A stretch of 64,000 nt of DNA from Octopus vulgaris (lineage: Eukaryota): NCBI GenBank assembly GCA_951406725.2, contig OX597825.1:88412001-88476000 (forward strand). The letters run 5' to 3'. How positions within the stretch are numbered: the stretch's first letter is position 1; every line of letters begins with the position of its first letter. Made by a program: the position numbers and the translations under genes. The notes below the pieces were generated by a model. It did not search any database. It was not told the DNA's origin and saw only the letters and a program-made list of their open reading frames with translations. Below, in pieces: positions 25,052 to 39,797 of the stretch.

Positions 25052-26660
25052 CTACTTACTGTTGTTGGTAGTGGTGGGAGTGGCTCTCTTGTGCGTTTGC
25101 ATGCGTGATTCCATAATATTTTTATAATGTTTCTTTGAGAAACTTCTCCCTAGCGATCCGACATCGTTAGGGAATTCCTGTTTTATGTCACTGTATGTCT
25201 TTTGGTTAATTTTAATGGTGAGAATGTGTGCTGGTGGTGTGTTGTGAGTAGACATTATGAAATCTGTAATGTTTGTGCTTGTGTTGTCTTTTATATATGA
25301 AACGAGTTTTTCATTTTTTGTGTTTATTGCTGTAATCGTGTCTGTGTGTGTTGGTGTGTGTGGCAGTGGCAGTAGTGGTGCCGAAAGTGTTGTTGTTTGT
25401 TGTTGCGAGTGTGTGTTGTTGTTGTTGATGTTGGGAAGCACTATTTGTTTGTGCTTCCCAAGTGTGTCCTTTTGTTTTTTCCTCCTTTTCTGCTTTGGAG
25501 GCACTGTGTGCCATTCCCCTTTCTCGGTATCAGTGCTCGCACAATCCGAGTTGTCCTGATCCGGAAAGGGGATGGCTGTCGGGTCTGCTTCATCAGCAGG
25601 GCGAAAAATTTTTGTTGGTTCTGCTGGTAGCGGTGGTGCTGCTGTGTCTTTTGGTGATGGTGATGGTTTTGGTGTATCTTCTTCTTGTGTTTTTGTTGTT
25701 GTTTTTCTTGGTGCTGGGGTTGGTGTTGGTTTGGTGGTTGTTGTTGGAGGTGGTGTCGTTCGTCGTGGTGGTGGTGATGGTGTTGGTGGTGTGGCAGTCT
25801 TTGGTGTATCTTGCTGTTGTTGTTGTCGTTGTTGTTGTTGCTGCTGCTGCTGCCTCTTGCTGTATGCCTCCATTCTTTTTTTGTGAATGGAGCAGTCCCT
25901 TCTTAATGTTGTTTTCGCTACTGCAGAGGTAACATTTTGGCTTTCGCCTCTCTACAGTAACGTGCAGCTTGGTTCCGTCCGGTAAATTGACAGAGTCAGG
26001 TATGGCATTAATGTTTTCCTGCTGGATTTATACCAGCAGTTGAACACCCATACCTGACCAGTTCTTCTCTCTCACCCTTCGTACATGTAGAATAGTGGCA
26101 GTGTCCTTTATGTCATAGAGGACAGCCGCCACCAGCCATGATATACTGAGTTGGGGGGTATAGTGTCTATTTTTATTTTTTGCACTCTCCGCCCGAGGTA
26201 TGAGGGCACCAGAAACAAATTTTTATTTTTCAAGGGCGAAATGGCATGCGCCCTTGCATCCTCTTCCGTTGGGAAGCGAACCTCCATGGTCCCCTAACGC
26301 TTCCCTCTTGTGACATAGCTCTTTTTGGCCCATATGTGTTTTAGAGCTAATTCCAATTGTTGTGGTGGTGCGTTTGTAATTTTTTTGTTTTTCTTATCGA
26401 AAATTTTGTATATTATTGTGTTTTTGTTTGTTTCGTTTATGAGTTGTTGAGGTGTATTGAGGAAAACAGTTTCCCTCTTTTCTCAACAACTCCTTTGCAG
26501 ATTTTATTTGGTCAATTGTAATTTGATTTTGCTCTGAGTTTTCCTTTGTGATGGAGGCAAAATTGCTATGGTGGCTCGTTGTGTTGTTGCTGGTGGTGTT
26601 GTCGGTGATGCTGCTTGTTATTATATTTTCTTCTCCTTCCGGTACTGTTGCACCAATGGA
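25052..26660 (-). pseudogene. LINE ORF1 (RRM-like region, zinc knuckle, Q/P/T-rich tail)
   Basis: GTMEVRFPTEEDA, VTVERRKPKCYLC, and the 273-aa low-complexity ORF 25052-25873 ending 37 nt before the ORF2 ATG. Confidence 0.8.
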
Positions 26661-27679
26661 AGGAAGAGAAACAAAATTTTGATTGACGTCAAAGGCGACG
26701 CACAGGCGCATGCATGATCTTCAGATTTTACCTCGAATGATACAACACCTCATTTTACTTTGGAAAGAAGCCATCGATATTATATTCTCATTTTCAATGA
26801 TAAGCTTACCAGAGCTCAACGTGCGTCCTCTGAAATATCTTGAATTTGCCGGAGATCTGCTATCTCATGGCCAAGAAAACGGTAGATTTAATTAAACCCC
26901 AGCTAAAATAGAAAATTCATGCCGATGGCGTAGTGTTGCCTGATGGAACATAAATGTTATTTAATTATATATGCTTTAATTAATAGATAAAATAGCGTCA
27001 TATTTAATATAACATTCTTTGTGTTTAATGATTATAATAAATCTACAGATTGGTAATTGCTGCAATTACAAACGCCCCTTACAGAAATCTAATTAAAACA
27101 CGCATTCTCTAATAGCCCACCGTGTTTGATAACACACCTGATTAATTAATTATTTTAGTGTTATTATAAAATCAAGAGTTATGTTTAATCATAAGTAAAC
27201 ATATTTGATCTTCACCTCATTAAACCACGTGATCTCATGCAGGGACGGAAATTAAATAAACGAACCAAATTATTATTCGTGACACTGATTTCTTTCATCT
27301 TACTATGGTGGATATGTTTTCTTGATAAATAATAGACGTTGCGACTTTGTCACGCTGTTCACCGATAGCAAAATCAAATATCGATCTCATGACTTACTAT
27401 ATTAACTGGTATTTTCTCAATTTCTCTTGAAATGAACATGTCATAACATCCACGGAATGAAATGCCACAAGCTTAAAGAGAAAGAAACCGATCCCATTAG
27501 GGATGCGGACAAAAAGTGATCATGACAAAGTGATCACCTTCTGTAATGGAACCGGAACTGTTGAAACGTAAAGTCATGTGTGTGTGTGTGTGTGTGTGAG
27601 GAGATGTATTATATTTTGGGACGGTCATCGTTTTTGTGAAATAAATACACGCACACATCTATCTATATATGTGTGTGTA

Positions 27680-27740
<61 letters not shown>

Positions 27741-27831
27741 GCATGTATGTATGTATGTATGTATGTATTTATAAATGTATATGTAGAAAAAGTGAAGGGC
27801 GTACAGTGAAGATGCCGTGAGGAGTGGAATA

Positions 27832-27864
27832 CCCAAAGTTTCGCATTCAGTGATTCGTCAGGAG
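27832..27864 (-). ncRNA. degenerate minimal hammerhead-like motif
   Basis: ctc-CTGACGA-a-tca-ctgaa-tgc-GAA-actt-t-ggg. One mismatch in stem II and one in the ACGT palindrome. Confidence 0.45.
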
Positions 27865-27920
27865 GGCAGAGAAAAGTAGAAAGTCAAACAGAGTTTAAAT
27901 TCTCAGCGTTTTTCTCTACC

Positions 27921-27953
27921 GCCCAGATGAAAGATTCTATCCGAAACGTTGGC
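27921..27953 (+). ncRNA. degenerate minimal hammerhead-like motif
   Basis: gcc-CAGATGA-a-agat-tct-atcc-GAA-ACGT-t-ggc. Stem I gcc/ggc is intact; one core substitution. Confidence 0.55.
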
Positions 27954-28040
27954 TATTGCAATCGTCACGGCAAGTTTACTGCGACTCTTACACTATTTTT
28001 TTAATATTTGCCAACACAGAGCTACTAGATTACTGACTGA

Positions 28041-28148
<108 letters not shown>

Positions 28149-28149
28149 T

Positions 28150-28190
<41 letters not shown>

Positions 28191-28670
28191 CACTTCATGG
28201 GGAAGACAGATTGTGCTGGAAGCCTCGTTAAAAAGTTGGTGATCTACTACAAACGCAACCACCATACCTACAATATCCTACCACACACAATGGTGAAGTG
28301 TACTCATTCTAACATTGTAACGTAGTAAGTGACCTGAGGAGGATTCTTCTGCACTGTAGCGTGCATTCAATTCCAGTATATCGTTCTCCACCCACTACGA
28401 AGCAATGCAGATATAAACCTAAACGATCGTCGTGCTGAGGAACATATACAATACACTATGCCTTCGCTATCAATTATTTAAAATATACTAAACGTGCAAC
28501 GAGGAATTACTTACGTTGATTCAGGAGGGACTGGTAAAGGGAGAACGTGAAGAAACCCGATGCACACACACACACACACACATATGTATATATATATATA
28601 TTAATATATATATTTACGTGCGTGTATATATATATATATATGTGTGTTTAAGTATATATGTGAGTATATA

Positions 28671-28769
<99 letters not shown>

Positions 28770-28799
28770 AGAGAGAGAAAGACTGAGAGAAAGATGTAC

Positions 28800-28837
<38 letters not shown>

Positions 28838-29369
28838 GTGTGTATGTGTGTGTGTGTGTATTCACATACCGATACATAGTCACACGCATAAATAGATTCA
28901 GCGGTCAGTAGAATGTACTTTAAGCAATATAAAAGTGAATCTGAAAGATTTATTTCGACTTAGCTTTGATCGGATTTTATGCCAAATACAGTCATTGTCC
29001 GGTTCAGTGAACGTTGTAATATTTATTGGATTGTCCTTCCTTTTAATACAAAATCAATTGAAGCCTGTAGAGTTACAGGACTTGTAGCATGCTTGACTGA
29101 ATCATTTCTGCTATTTAGTTTCTTTTCTTTAATTTCAGAACACAATATTTTCAAATATGTATTACATGTGATTGCACGAGAATAGGCGTTTCTTCCACAT
29201 CTGAGTTTCTTTGAGACTTCATATTTCTATTTGTTTCTGTTACTTCACACGTGGGTTTATGTAAATACATTCAGAGAGAATCTGTTGTCAATTTAGCATT
29301 TAAATTATTACATAATTTTAACTTGCTTTGTTATAACTTTCTACATCTATCTATCCGTCAATGTATGCC

Positions 29370-29545
29370 GTTAGCCACTACAAACATTTTTTCTCTCCTT
29401 GTATTTTCTGTGTCCCTTTCTGAAGAAGAGCGTAGGCTCGAAACGTAAAATACTTTTTTTCTGTTCCTGAGCGTTATACTAATACACCTGCTTGTTTTGT
29501 ACACCACTTGTCTTCGTCTTTTGTTTTTTTCGTAAACTCTCCCTA
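29370..29545 (+). mobile_element. PLE 3' end with minimal hammerhead (29417-29450)
   Basis: ttt-CTGAAGA-a-GAGC-gtag-GCTC-GAA-ACGT-a-aaa, then gagcgtta.actaatacacctg shared with 32797 and 51060. Confidence 0.75.
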
Positions 29546-29577
29546 TACATACATGCATACATACATACATACATACA

Positions 29578-29609
<32 letters not shown>

Positions 29610-29695
29610 GGAGAAGCGTCTTTAGGTTACCCTCTACCAAATTCACTCGCGAAGCTATCGTCTGCCCGACGCTATGGCGGAAGACACGTGCCCCT
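29610..29695 (-). mobile_element. old SINE body fragment (52498 family)
   Basis: Reverse complement resembles gggcaagtgtcttc..ctatagcctcgggccgac...gtgagtggatttggta. Confidence 0.6.
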
Positions 29696-29833
29696 CAATA
29701 GGCTGAACAAGGCTACAGGGGAAACATATATCTTAGCTCACAACGAAGCACCTGCGTGTGTGTGTATGTGTGTGCATGTAAAACAATATATATATATATA
29801 CATTTATGTATGCCTACATGTATATGTACATGC

Positions 29834-29877
<44 letters not shown>

Positions 29878-31935
29878 CACCAGGTGGTGCTATTAAGTTA
29901 GACATGGCCTGGGCCAATAATGGCCGAAACCTATCAAAGTATATATATATGTATGTATATGTATATATTTCTATCTTTAAGTTTTGTCATCTTTTTGTCC
30001 GTTATAAGTTAAATCATTATAATTATAATAGTCACTTGGTTGAAAAGTTAGCTCTCTCACTACTAAACATAGATATTTGAATTAACTCTTTTGCAATCAA
30101 GCTGTCCTTTCACAAGGAATTTCATCTGTCTTTTGAACCAAAGCTCTGAAGAGACTTATATAAATAGATATGAATTGTTTACTTAATCACGAACAAACCG
30201 GGCTATACTGCAAGTACATATATAAAAGAACGATAACATATTATCATGATTATATATATATATATATATACATACATATATATACGTATAAAACCTTATG
30301 CACAAACACACGCAATCATCGAGGTGCACACACTCCCAAACACGTCCACACACGCCACACACATGCACCCTTCGTAGTAAACCGCACATGTTCACATAAC
30401 TTCGCGAGTATCGGTTACATACGTTTACATAAATATCACAGCTTCCATACCAATATATCTCCATCACAAATGTATACATATATAACAGAACCATATATAC
30501 GCACACACACGCGCGCGCGCACTCATGCTCGCGCATATCTTCTTCCAGGCGCCCACATACAGCCGCTATATATGTTACTTTGTGTAATGTCGTGCAATAT
30601 CTAACATTTCTCTCTATACTTTGGTATTATACATTGGACTCTATAGCTGATTACCGCACGATTACCACCACACAAAGATAGAGCTTCTTTACATATACAC
30701 GGTCTCTCAAAACTATTTGAACAATTCTCTCTGATTTTGTTTGGCTAATATTCTCTTGATTTGTTTCATGACCATTCACAAGAGAGTCTAGCACATTTCG
30801 CTACAAATATACTGTATTTTCTTTTCACATAGCAGCGTATCATTAACCAAAATTGTAAACGTGAATTCTTAAGAATATTGATTTTTATATCCAAACTTGT
30901 TATGTTCTATATTGGACTGTCTGTGATTGCTAGCCAGTTTGTGCAATGGGAAATGAGCATTTTGGAAGTGTGTAATTAATCAATTAAAATTTGCTGCAAT
31001 AAGAAATGAAATTCTATTGTCATTGCTCGTCATTGCGGGGCGAATGTTTATGACTTCATGTTTGACTTGACATCTTGGACATTCTGTGTAACAAAGTGGG
31101 TTTAATTTATATCAAATGAGGGGTATATAATCAATAATTCTTTTCACTGGCCATCGACAGTTGAAAGTAGAAAAGCTGTTTTTGGATGCCTAATCACAAC
31201 TGTATATAAAGTAAACTTTTGTAACACCAAACCAGATGGTATCAAATTCCTTAAAATTTATGCATGTTATTTAGGAAGTTATAAACACTCCCACACATAC
31301 GTACGTCCCTACATACCATAAAACGATTAATATAAATTCTTCTATAATCGATGTTAAGTTAGAAAACATTGAGTACAAATATGGGTGTGTGTGCGTATGT
31401 GTATGTATGTGTGTGTGTATACACATATACATAGTTATGCATATATTAAAGAAACAAGAATGGACAAATGAAAGTATTGCTACATACTTTTAAATAGATT
31501 GGTCATTTATTCAACAATGCACGATGATTATGCAGCGGTACATAACATTATATTGAATAATGACGTCATTTGCTCGGTCGATATCCGGTTTTCCCGTTCC
31601 TAAAATCAGATCAAGCTAGGAAAGTAAATATATTATAACTTGTATTTATAAGTTGACTGAACACAAGAGTTATTTAAGAAATCATGAAAACATAGAGATT
31701 TAGCAAAGTGCGGGACGAGACAGGCTTACATCCAATCAAATCGTCTCATTTGCAAAAGCTCAAAAATTGGTGATATGTGGTGAAGGATTGGCCACATAAC
31801 GGTATCGCCGTCCAGATAAGTGCGTTCGGCAGCATAAATTTCGTCGAGGCCTATTTGCCGTAAGATAAAATTCAACCGTCAAGAAGCTGCGCTACGCAAA
31901 CATTTATACAACAGTTTATTGATCACACTCTGTAT

Positions 31936-32862
31936 AATGACAGCCCGGTCTCGCACTAGTTCCGCTCTACCGGTCACTCTTTCCAACACCTGTCTGTGTT
32001 CGGATTGTCCTTGCTCAGGGGCCATCCGGACTCCCGTTTGCGCCGTGAACAAGGATTAATCTTCTCCCTTCGCTCCTTTGCATCACACGGGCTCAACTCT
32101 TCTACCCCTCTTCTTCTAACCTCCTGCTACCTCCTCTCTCTTTCTGCGACTCCTACTACTTCTCTTCACTCCTACTCTCCTTCTCTCTTTATTCCTACCC
32201 ACCTTTTCCCTTCCCCTTTTCCCTTCATTGTTGCACCAATCCCACACAATCCAACCCCACCTTCCCTATACATCCCATCCCACCCCCACCCCATCCCCGA
32301 TGCCCATTCCCACATATACCACTTCTAACCACACCCTCAGCCTACCCACATAGCCACCTCTACCCCACCCTTATCCTAACCCAAACCCCTCCCTTACTTT
32401 CCCCACTCTCGCCTACCCCACACCCCAACACCATCAAATCACACGACACCATACTACACTACAACATCACATCACACCACCACGCACACACTAGCACTGA
32501 CCACTTCCCAGCTCCACATCCACACACCTACACATACACACAAGCACACGTCAAGGTCATCAGCCCTTTTCCAGACGGATATACATGCTCTCTTATACAC
32601 ACGCACCTTCGTCTAGGGATCACCACTACTTTATTATCTCTCAGTCCTCCTAGCTCTCCTATGTGAGCCCTCTGTCCGGCATTCGCAATGATAGATCACT
32701 AGCCACTACACATTCTTTATTTTCTTTCCTTGTTTCTTTCTGTGTTCCTTTCTGAGGAAGAGAGGGGGCTCGAAACGTTAAAGACTATCATTTCCCGAGC
32801 GTTAAACTAATACACCTGTTTGTTGTCTACACCACCTCTCATGCTTTTTTTGTGAATGACTC

Positions 32863-32865
<3 letters not shown>
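31936..32865 (+). mobile_element. 5'-truncated Penelope-like element (Neptune-type GIY-YIG C-terminus, C-rich 3' UTR, minimal hammerhead at 32748-32783)
   Basis: NDSPVSH*FRSTGHSFQHLSVFGLSLLRGHPDSRLRREQGLIFSLRSFASHGLN. Hammerhead cttt-CTGAGGA-a-GAG..CTC-GAA-ACGT-t-aaag. Ends at (TA)n. Confidence 0.85.
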
Positions 32866-32903
<38 letters not shown>

Positions 32904-32989
32904 GACGTATATGAATATAAATATATATATATATACAAACGTATATAAATATATATATACATATATACACACAAACGTATATAAATATA

Positions 32990-33045
<56 letters not shown>

Positions 33046-33066
33046 CGTATATAAATATATATATAT

Positions 33067-33067
<1 letters not shown>

Positions 33068-33100
<33 letters not shown>

Positions 33101-33292
33101 CTAGTTTCAGCTTATGAGCTGTGGCCATGCTGGGGCACCGCCATTTGGTGTTGCTACTTGGTTTCACTTCACGAAAGCTTTCTAGCAACTGCCATTTGGT
33201 GCATGAGAGAGTTCGATGCAGCTGCCCTCATCTGCCCCTCCTGCCGTGAAGTTGGTTCATCTGGGACACCTGACAGGAAGAGATCTAGCTTC
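33068..33292 (-). mobile_element. 3' terminal fragment of a CR1/L2-group LINE with (AATC)n tail
   Basis: Minus strand encodes [29 protein letters not shown], homologous to 57750-57840. Ends ggcggtgccccagcatggccacagctcataagctgaaac. Confidence 0.85.
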
Positions 33293-33317
33293 ATATATGT
33301 ATGTATATATATATATA

Positions 33318-33385
<68 letters not shown>

Positions 33386-33392
33386 CATACAA

Positions 33393-33438
<46 letters not shown>

Positions 33439-35577
33439 TAAGCACTGGTATATTGAACCGTTGAACGATTTGGAATATTTAGGTATTCACTCGCAGCAAT
33501 GTGATTATACATAGAAGTGCAACAATATTTATAGACATACTCACGGTCACCCCACCCCAAACCCACACGCGTATGCACGCCCGAACACATAACGTTATAT
33601 ATACATATATATATGCGATTTTGTTGGTATTGACATTGAATACTTTAACATGCTTGCTCCAGGTTCGAATATAATCATATAGATTCAAATCCTGTTTTCA
33701 ATCGCGAGGATTCCAACTTAAAACCTCTCCAATCGTAGCAATAAAATGTAAATCGTTTTCAAGTCCTAGTATTTTGTACCTAAATATTGAAGCAACGTCA
33801 CATTACGAATACCACCCCGAAAGGTATTTATGTTTAATTCATATAAGGGAAGTGTTGCAGCATATTAATGTGCAATTCAGTTTACTATTTCACTCATTAC
33901 TTTTTGAAAATGCCATTCCAGATCAATATGATGTGATCTTGCTTAACATATGCTTAGATTATATTGGCGTGTAAACCCCTCTAAAATTAGTCCAGACTTA
34001 CCGTTGTCATTATATATTAAAGACTTTTCGCGTTCCTTTATGTACGCTGATACATAGTTTTTCTTTTGAATTTAATATCTGACGTTATTCATTTTTCTCT
34101 CTGGCTGACGGCTAATAATCTGAATAATATTTATTTTCGTTAACAATTTATTTGGAGCCTTCTATTAGCACAGTTTGTCTTTTCACAGTCATGTTAAGCA
34201 TGTATATTACCTGAGTGGAATATTCTGGCTTTTCGGCTCAGAGACAAATTATAAATTCCCGTATTTGCTCATTTTATCTTTTCTGTTGAAAGGTATCCCG
34301 ATATCTTTTGGAAAGACCAATTCTAACTTTCTTATTCATTTATTCCTACATGCCTTACTGATATTCTGCCAGTTACATAGAATTAATTATAGTCAGCAAT
34401 AATGTGTATCCCAAGATTGTGTTATTCTGGCGATGTGTTTGATTTGGGTTTTATGCATGAGACATTTCATGATATTTCGAAGGGTTTCATCAACATTCCC
34501 TGCTCTAAGTAAATTATAAAATACCAAACAAAGTAATCCGCAATATAAATAAAAATAAATAAACGTTAGAAAAGGAATTATGCGCCAGAGAGATTAAGAG
34601 AGAACGCGAGAAGTGAGTGACTTGACTTTACAAGTAATTACAAGATCCTCGTTGGCCGGACGTCCATATAATACATTGCATCCGTTTCATATACGCAAAC
34701 TACAGCTACATATATATTTATTGACAAAAGAGCATCAGTAAAAAGGGATATTTCTTTTTCTCCAGCTAAAGTTTCGTTCTTACATGCATATTATGGTATT
34801 AGCTCTGAATTAACAAAAAAATCAAAGTTTATCTTTGGTTGTGTTCTACGCATCAAATATTGACTAGAATGTACTGTACATCGACTTCATACCCACATAT
34901 ACCCTTGTATAACATTGATTTTCAATTCCATTTTAGCATGCAGCCTCACCAATGCGAGAACTATGGTATCCGAGTATCATTCGTTTCACGAAAACAACGT
35001 TTGTTAATAGGTTTCCCAAGCGCACTTGTTTACTACAATCTTGCCAAAAATATTCGGTGCTGCATCGATGTTTAAAATAATCAAATCATTCACGGTAGAT
35101 TACAGTAATATATATGCCAAATTTTATTTTATTATTATTTATCATTTTGGAAAATACTGAGAATCTACAATTTGCGAATCAGCATCAATATTAGAATCGT
35201 TGTTGGAAATCGGAAATTGATGGACACATTACATCCACAAAATCATTACGAAAAGAAAAGCAAAATTAATATTAGACATAAGCCATCTTCCCAGTGTCAA
35301 ATCTATAAACAATGTAAAGGTGGGAGACATAGAACCCAAAACTGATGTATTATTAACGAAAAACTGGAATTATTTTCAGTTTAGTATCAGAGATGGAGGG
35401 AAGCCTTTCTAGGTAAGTATTAATCAGGTGTGTTCGGGAGGTATTCAGGTTTTCCCTGTAACATTTATTTCAATTCTTCCACCTATATATATATATATAC
35501 ATAAAACTATCATATATATATATATGTATATATACATATAACTATCACATATATATATCTATCTATCTATCTATCTA

Positions 35578-35615
<38 letters not shown>

Positions 35616-35669
35616 GAGAGAGAGAGGGAGAGAGATAGATAGATAGATACATATATATATATGTGATAG

Positions 35670-35727
<58 letters not shown>

Positions 35728-35730
35728 GTA

Positions 35731-35762
<32 letters not shown>

Positions 35763-35768
35763 ACTATC

Positions 35769-35802
<34 letters not shown>

Positions 35803-36656
35803 CTATCACATATATATATATATATATGTATCTATCTATCTATCTCTCTCTATATATATATATATAGATAACATATATATATATATATATTACATATGTG
35901 TGTGCGTGTGTGTGTGTGTGTCTTTCTTCTATTTCTTATTTGGAGATTTCTAGAAAAACTCAAGAATATCATACAATATTTCGGTTTGTATTGTATGTAT
36001 TTCTATTATATAGATTTCACATGTGTACAACATGGTTTTGGCAACTTTAGGGTTGCATCATGATATAGGACCCATGTGTTTTATTCAGGCAGCGCTCCAA
36101 TGACTTCCATACAGCTGAGTGAAACTTTATTTTGTGATATTTTCGCGACAATTCCTGTAGGAAAATCGGACTGCAAAATTAATAAATTCTACCAATAATT
36201 TATTATATCACGCTATAGCCAATATTCTCTTAGATCTTTGGCCTCAATATTTAGATTTTACTCGGCCAACCTTTATCGACGAATTATTTATTTCGAATAA
36301 TATCGATATCAGACATCATGTTTGGTTCAATAACTATGCTGGGAACCAGTATAGGATGTTTATGTCATTCATGACCGTAATGAAATATGATCGGCGACAT
36401 TGATAATATGGCAGCATTTATGTATTGCTTCGAAGCTTTATATCGTAGACTGCAATTCATTGACAAACGTTGCAGTATTTGGCGCTCGAGGATTTCGAAT
36501 AAGAGAAATATTATAGACGTCAGTATTTACACCAGAAAAATCAACAACCGAGACGGGAAACAATATAATCATGGGGTAAACATAAGGGCCGATCCTCAAA
36601 ATTATTTATCAGGGTACACACTTATGCCAGAGTAACATGCACACACACACACACAC

Positions 36657-36700
<44 letters not shown>

Positions 36701-36840
36701 CAATTAAGATTCAAGTCAATTCTAATGAATTTACTTGAATGCGGTACTTAACTTAGATGCACCAGAAAACTATATGGTGTTAACCATACAGTAATGTGGG
36801 GTGATTATAAACGAGAAAGAAGCAACAAGAATGGATTAGT

Positions 36841-36931
36841 TTTTAGTACAACTGTTTCATACAAAGACAGGCTTTATTAAAAGTTGCAAAAATTGCAGCA
36901 GATAAAAGTGTCCCGTACTCATCAGCTAAAA
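36841..36931 (-). ncRNA. type I hammerhead ribozyme (best-preserved long-stem-II copy)
   Basis: TTTTAG-CTGATGA-GTACGGGACA...TGTCTTTGTAT-GAAAC-AGTT-GTA-CTAAAA: perfect 6-bp stem I, canonical core, GUA cleavage triplet. Confidence 0.85.
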
Positions 36932-37302
36932 TACATATGAGTTCTCCAAACATCTTAGTGGGTGAGGCTATACTCATGAAGTATTGGAGATAATTTCATT
37001 AAAAGCAGATTTAGGTTGTAAACAGCTTTCCGAAGTTCTTTAATGATGATGCACAGTCTTATCACAGGTTTTTAAAAAAACTTATTAGCTTCACAGAGAA
37101 GGTGAATTAATCCGTAGTGTAGATGTAAATTTCCAGAGATATGAGGAGGAATTTCATACTCACAGACGATGAATTTATCCATGGTTAATCCACAATGAGG
37201 TGGGTATCATTTCATGCTATATGATAAGGTATTTGCCACATTACTGTTCTCTTCACAAGACTGCTAAGTTATTACTTCTAAAGGCTGAAGGAATTTTTGT
37301 GG

Positions 37303-37508
37303 AGCAAAGAAAAGAAAAGAAAGGAAAGAGAAGAAAAGAGACAAGGAAAAGGAAAAAGAAAAAGAAAAAGGAAAAAAGAGAAAAGGAAAAGAAAAAAAGA
37401 AAAAAGGGGAGAAGAAAAGAAAAAGAAAAAGAAAAAGAAAAAAGGGAAAGAAAAAAAAGGGAAAGAAGGGAGAAAAGAAAAAAAGGGAAAGAAGGAGAAA
37501 AGAAAAAA
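37303..37508. repeat. ~200-bp almost pure polypurine/polypyrimidine tract
   Basis: A/G-only run with very few interruptions, inside the PLE 3' UTR. Confidence 0.9.
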
Positions 37509-38588
37509 CGCCCACATAGTGTATACTGTGACAACTTAGAGGGAAAGGGGTTCTAAAGTGACCTACTACACAGAAGAATTTGTAGACGGCCTGGCTGGCT
37601 TGAATTTGCAAGAATCCAGGAACTATAAGGAGAATATTATTTTTGACCAGTAAAACAGCTATTTATTGCCAACCTGACGTAGTTGAAAGCAGATATGAAT
37701 CTAAAGAGAATCTAAAGAGATAACAAGGTCAGGGGTAGAGGGGTCAAAGGCTATCATCAAAAGGAAATACATTAAGAGAAAAGATCTAAGTGCAATCCTA
37801 ACAAGAGGTCATTTAAATTTATTTATTTATTTATTCCTGTTACTGTCTTAAATTGTTGCCGTTACTATCTATACATTGACAGATTACAGATCAAAACTTA
37901 GAAGTTAGTTTACAAGGTGTGATGGAATTGTCTATTATATTGAAATTTCTCATACTATTTTCAAGGGAGTAGCCTTACTTATTTAATTTTGTAATAGAAT
38001 TATGAAGCCTAAGTAACTTATTTTATTAAAGTTGTGTTACCTAAATTAGATTAAATTCAAAATTCAAAATTCAAAATTAAGATTTAAAATGAAATAAAAC
38101 TTCATTTAAGCAACATACAAGTACTATTTATTTCCTTGTGCTCAAAATCAGGTGCAGTTATAAAGAAAAAGATAACTATAGTGTGAGAACTCGCAGTTAT
38201 CTACTTAAAAATTAAAGTAATGCTATACTAGTAAAAACCAAGCTATATCTATCTATCTATCTTGTTACGTTTATTCTATACAGTTATTCATTTAAAATAT
38301 TTTAGAGTCTTCAATTTAGCGTGGACACAAACTTGACCTGCTTCAATATGGTTAGTTAACAAACCTCTATTTTTTCTATGCCTTAGAATTTCATAGGTCT
38401 CCATGGAGCAGAGTTGGCAACCAACCCTGTTATTTTTATACGGCATTGCTCTCCTAACTATTTCCCAATTAAGGTTATAATTCCTGTTATTATTTTTGAG
38501 TTCCCAGATCTTACTTGAAAGTAATAAAGCCTGTCTTTGTATGAAACAATTGTACTAAAAACTAATCCATTCTTGTTGCTTCTTTCTC

Positions 38589-38690
<102 letters not shown>

Positions 38691-39145
38691 ATATGTGTGT
38701 ATGTGTGAGTATGCATATGTGTATGCACAAATGTGTTTGTCTGTGTGTCCGGGGTGTTTGTTCCACGGAGGGACCAAGTGTGTCTATGTATGAATGTCGA
38801 TGTATTTTGGAGATAAGCAAAACGAAATGTGTTACATAGAATAAAATACTATTAATAATTTCTCCTTTGTCACTGCACGAGTTTCGATGCATATCGGGCA
38901 TTTCAGATTAACTTCGATTTAATGCTATTTCACATTGAACTTACTACCAAATATGGTTTAAGCATATATGTATATATATATATATACATACATATATATA
39001 AATATATATATACATACATACATATAAATATATATATACATACATACATGTAAATATATATATATATACATACATACATATAAATATATATATATATACA
39101 TACATACATATAAATATATATATATATATACACACATACAAATAA

Positions 39146-39180
<35 letters not shown>

Positions 39181-39242
39181 CATATAAATATATACACACA
39201 TACATGTAAATATATATATATATATATTTATATATACATACA

Positions 39243-39797
39243 TGGCCAGCATTTTAATCTGCTGGCCATTGATTAAATTTTTTTTCGAAAAAAAAAATTT
39301 ATCCTACATTAGATATAAATTTCAGCGTTCACTTCCGGACTCTCTCACTCTGTGAGGGCCGCAGTTCAAATCGCACGTGTCTCGAATGGGCTGGAGTCTT
39401 TCTATTTTGGATTATTTGGGGGTACTTAATTGTGCACATGATTTAGTGTTTGCTTCTTCCATGGGTATGAGTAAGTATCTCATTTATTTCTTTCACTACA
39501 TTTATCATTGGCGAAGGGTGGGCTCTTATGAGCTAACCCTGAAATCGGTCCGATATGGTAATAATGGAATTTTTTAGAAATTTCTGTCGACCTTTTTTCG
39601 AGCAGCGTGCGTATTGTGAAAAAAGTATATGTTTAATGTACAATATGTCCAATGTTTCGGCATATTTGCCATTAAAAATTTTTTCGTTTGCCCTTATTTA
39701 TGAATTGTTTTTGAATTTAACCTTTAAAGATATTTTTTAATATTCAGGCCATTGATAAAAATTTTTTTCGAATAAAAATGTTTTTATCCTACATTCG

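Larger units (their letters stand above)
22565..26710 (-). mobile_element. Tx1/L1-clade LINE, 5'-complete but internally deleted
   Basis: ORF1 remnants, short spacer, ORF2 with APE, RT N-half and C-terminal CCHC, then a 3' UTR running into a (TAT)n-like tail. Confidence 0.92.
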
